Shown piece by piece: positions 60,087 through 61,494 of a stretch of DNA of 61,494 bases. Origin of the DNA: an uncultured Alphaproteobacteria bacterium (GTDB lineage Bacteria > Pseudomonadota > Alphaproteobacteria > CAAHEQ01 > UBA3637); contig CASECI010000011.1 in the NCBI GenBank assembly GCA_949286465.1, positions 1 through 61,494 of the forward strand. Reading direction: 5' to 3'. The notes under the pieces are model-generated. The model worked only from the letters and a program-made list of their open reading frames with translations. It was not told the DNA's origin and ran no database searches. The position numbers and the translations under genes were made by a program. Positions within the stretch are counted from its first letter, which is position 1, and each line of letters starts with the position of its first letter.

Positions 60087-61004
60087 ATGGCTCAAAAGAA
60101 ATTAACGAAGAAACCGAATACTTCAGTTCCTGCTCCAGAGAAAAAAGCAGACTGTGGATGCGGTCGCGGAGATAAATGTACTTGCGGATGTGATTGTGGC
60201 GACCAATGTACCTGCGGAGGTGCTCATGAAGGAGAAGCCAATTTCGTCCGTTTTATATCATCCATTATTATTGCCGTTGCTGTTATAGCTTCCCCATTAA
60301 TTTATGGAGCAGTTTATAATTGCAATAAAGGAACCTCATCAACAAAAACAGAAACAGGTTCTCATGATAAAGCAATCAGAGAGTTTGTAAAAAACAATCC
60401 TCAATTAATTATTGAAAGTGTTGATAATTACTATAAAAAGCAACAAGCCGCCCAAAAAGCAGCACAACCTAAAGTCGCTGACAAGGCAATGATTAAAGAG
60501 ATCTTGGAAGATAAAACAAACACCGTATTAGGTAATCCTAAAGGGAAATTTGTCATCATTGAATTCTTTGATTATAACTGCGGCTACTGCAAAATGATGA
60601 ATAAGCAATTAGCAGAAGCAATTAAAAAGAGTAAAAATATTCGTTGGGTTTTAATTGATACTCCAATTTTTGGTGAAAAGTCAGAAATTATTTCTCGTTA
60701 CGCTTATGCTGCGAACAAACAAGGAAAATTTGCGAAATTCCACGAAGAAATCGGAGCATCAACAAAGTTAGATGAAGAAGGTTTAATTGCGATTGGTAAA
60801 AAAGTCGGCTTAGACACAGAAAAATTAAAGAAAGATGCTAATTCAGAAGAAATTAAGAAAAAATTAGCTGACAATCGTAAATACACTCAAAAATTAGGTA
60901 TGGGTGGCGTTCCTATGTTCATTATTGATGGAGACATCCAAGGTGGTGCTTTCCCTCCAGAACAAATGGAAAAATACATTAAAGAAGCAAATGAAATGAA
61001 ATAA
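60087..61004 (+). CDS. DsbA/Com1-like oxidoreductase with Cys-rich N-terminus
   Basis: TM; IREFVKNNPQLI; GNPKG..IIEFFDYNCGYCK; GVP cis-Pro. Confidence 0.9.
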   Translation: MAQKKLTKKPNTSVPAPEKKADCGCGRGDKCTCGCDCGDQCTCGGAHEGEANFVRFISSIIIAVAVIASPLIYGAVYNCNKGTSSTKTETGSHDKAIREFVKNNPQLIIESVDNYYKKQQAAQKAAQPKVADKAMIKEILEDKTNTVLGNPKGKFVIIEFFDYNCGYCKMMNKQLAEAIKKSKNIRWVLIDTPIFGEKSEIISRYAYAANKQGKFAKFHEEIGASTKLDEEGLIAIGKKVGLDTEKLKKDANSEEIKKKLADNRKYTQKLGMGGVPMFIIDGDIQGGAFPPEQMEKYIKEANEMK

Positions 61005-61028
61005 ACTTTCTTAATATACTTCTTAATT

Positions 61029-61059
61029 AAAATCCCCACATTAAAGTGGGGATTTTTTT
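61029..61059 (+). terminator. Rho-independent terminator
   Basis: AAAATCCCCAC-attaaa-GTGGGGATTTT followed by T-run. Confidence 0.85.
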
Positions 61060-61122
61060 ATTGCATTGTTAAACAATAAGAAATAATCTATGCATAATTA
61101 GAGATAATATAAGAGGGAAAGA

Positions 61123-61494
61123 ATGAAACGCATATCAAACAAGCAAAAGGGTCGTAGTATGCTAGAGATGCTCGCAGTACTATCAATCATAGGCGTATTA
61201 AGTATTACGGCGTTAGTAGGTTTTACCTATGCGATGAATAAGAACCGAGCAAATACGACAATATACGATGTGATGCTGCGCGGGACGAATGTTCCGATGA
61301 TAGATGAGAACTATTACAGTAAGCCCTCAGGGTATGAGTTTCATTTTGCGGGCTTAGGGGATGGAACATACTATTCCATGTCGACGAAGAAGGATAGCGG
61401 TCGTTCATATTATGTAGAGGCGACTGGGGTCAGCTATCGCGTATGTGAACTCATCTTAAAGATGGAGCCGATGGACATAGACCAGATAGTAGTG
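61123..61494 (+). CDS. Pilin-like protein with GRSMLE prepilin-type N-terminus (partial, runs off right end)
   Basis: Manual translation: MKRISNKQKGRSMLEMLAVLSIIGVLSITALVGFTYAMNKNRANTTIYDV...VSYRVCELIL...; GAGGG SD; open to edge; not in ORF track. Confidence 0.88.
   Translation, partial: MKRISNKQKGRSMLEMLAVLSIIGVLSITALVGFTYAMNKNRANTTIYDVMLRGTNVPMIDENYYSKPSGYEFHFAGLGDGTYYSMSTKKDSGRSYYVEATGVSYRVCELILKMEPMDIDQIVV

Noticed and set aside
16602-61059. Recurrent GC-stem hairpins as a REP/MITE family
   Set aside because: Stem sequences differ from each other and all sit at gene 3' ends with A/T tails, so they are ordinary intrinsic terminators.
105-61257. Whole window as a site-specific invertible segment or composite transposon bounded by the terminal inverted repeats
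   Set aside because: The repeats are only about 87% identical coding sequence with mostly synonymous differences; no recombinase or transposase is present and the interior is essential housekeeping genes.
545-61408. Many short ORF-track ORFs overlapping longer genes (e.g. 545, 4953, 9395, 11311, 12100, 12865, 14119, 25871, 26950, 27050, 30367, 31000, 34804, 44737, 49564, 52689, 60704, 61223)
   Set aside because: Antisense or out-of-frame shadows of well-supported genes, with no SD or motifs. 61223..61408 is antisense to the pilin-like gene.

Overview
AT-rich chromosomal segment of an alphaproteobacterium. Evidence: alpha-type dnaE/lolCD, parC, rpmB, mtaB-ftsY, RHH_4, DUF2065-degP and Com1-like DsbA. 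Firmicutes-like anaerobe genes (perR-rubrerythrin, MATE, thyX) suggest an uncultured host/gut-associated lineage (inference). Most of the window is housekeeping genes plus three tRNAs (Met, Arg, Leu). I saw no CRISPR array, rRNA, integrase or transposase. The best candidate for an undescribed system is a tightly coupled five-gene operon at 28963->24213 (- strand): membrane NERD-like protein, VirD4-type coupling ATPase, colicin/polymorphic-toxin-like HNH protein whose catalytic His is replaced by Leu, SUKH/YrhA-type immunity-like protein, and a membrane protein. No virB or relaxase genes are nearby, and several orphan proteins with basic C-termini could be its substrates. The second candidate is a family of non-canonical pilin-like proteins (G|RSMxE). 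One is complete with a long Cys-rich repeat tail, and two near-identical outward-facing copies, missed by the ORF track, are cut by the window ends. Other notable items: degenerate AnmK, split NTT-HEAT/cNMP pair, cspA leader with mutually exclusive helices, tandem Zn-finger-like paralogs, thyX at the usual thyA-folA-hflKC position, tandem-ArsR/glutaredoxin module, orphan MerR-type operator, and DsbA with a metallothionein-like N-terminus. All family calls come from motif recognition by eye; no searches were run.
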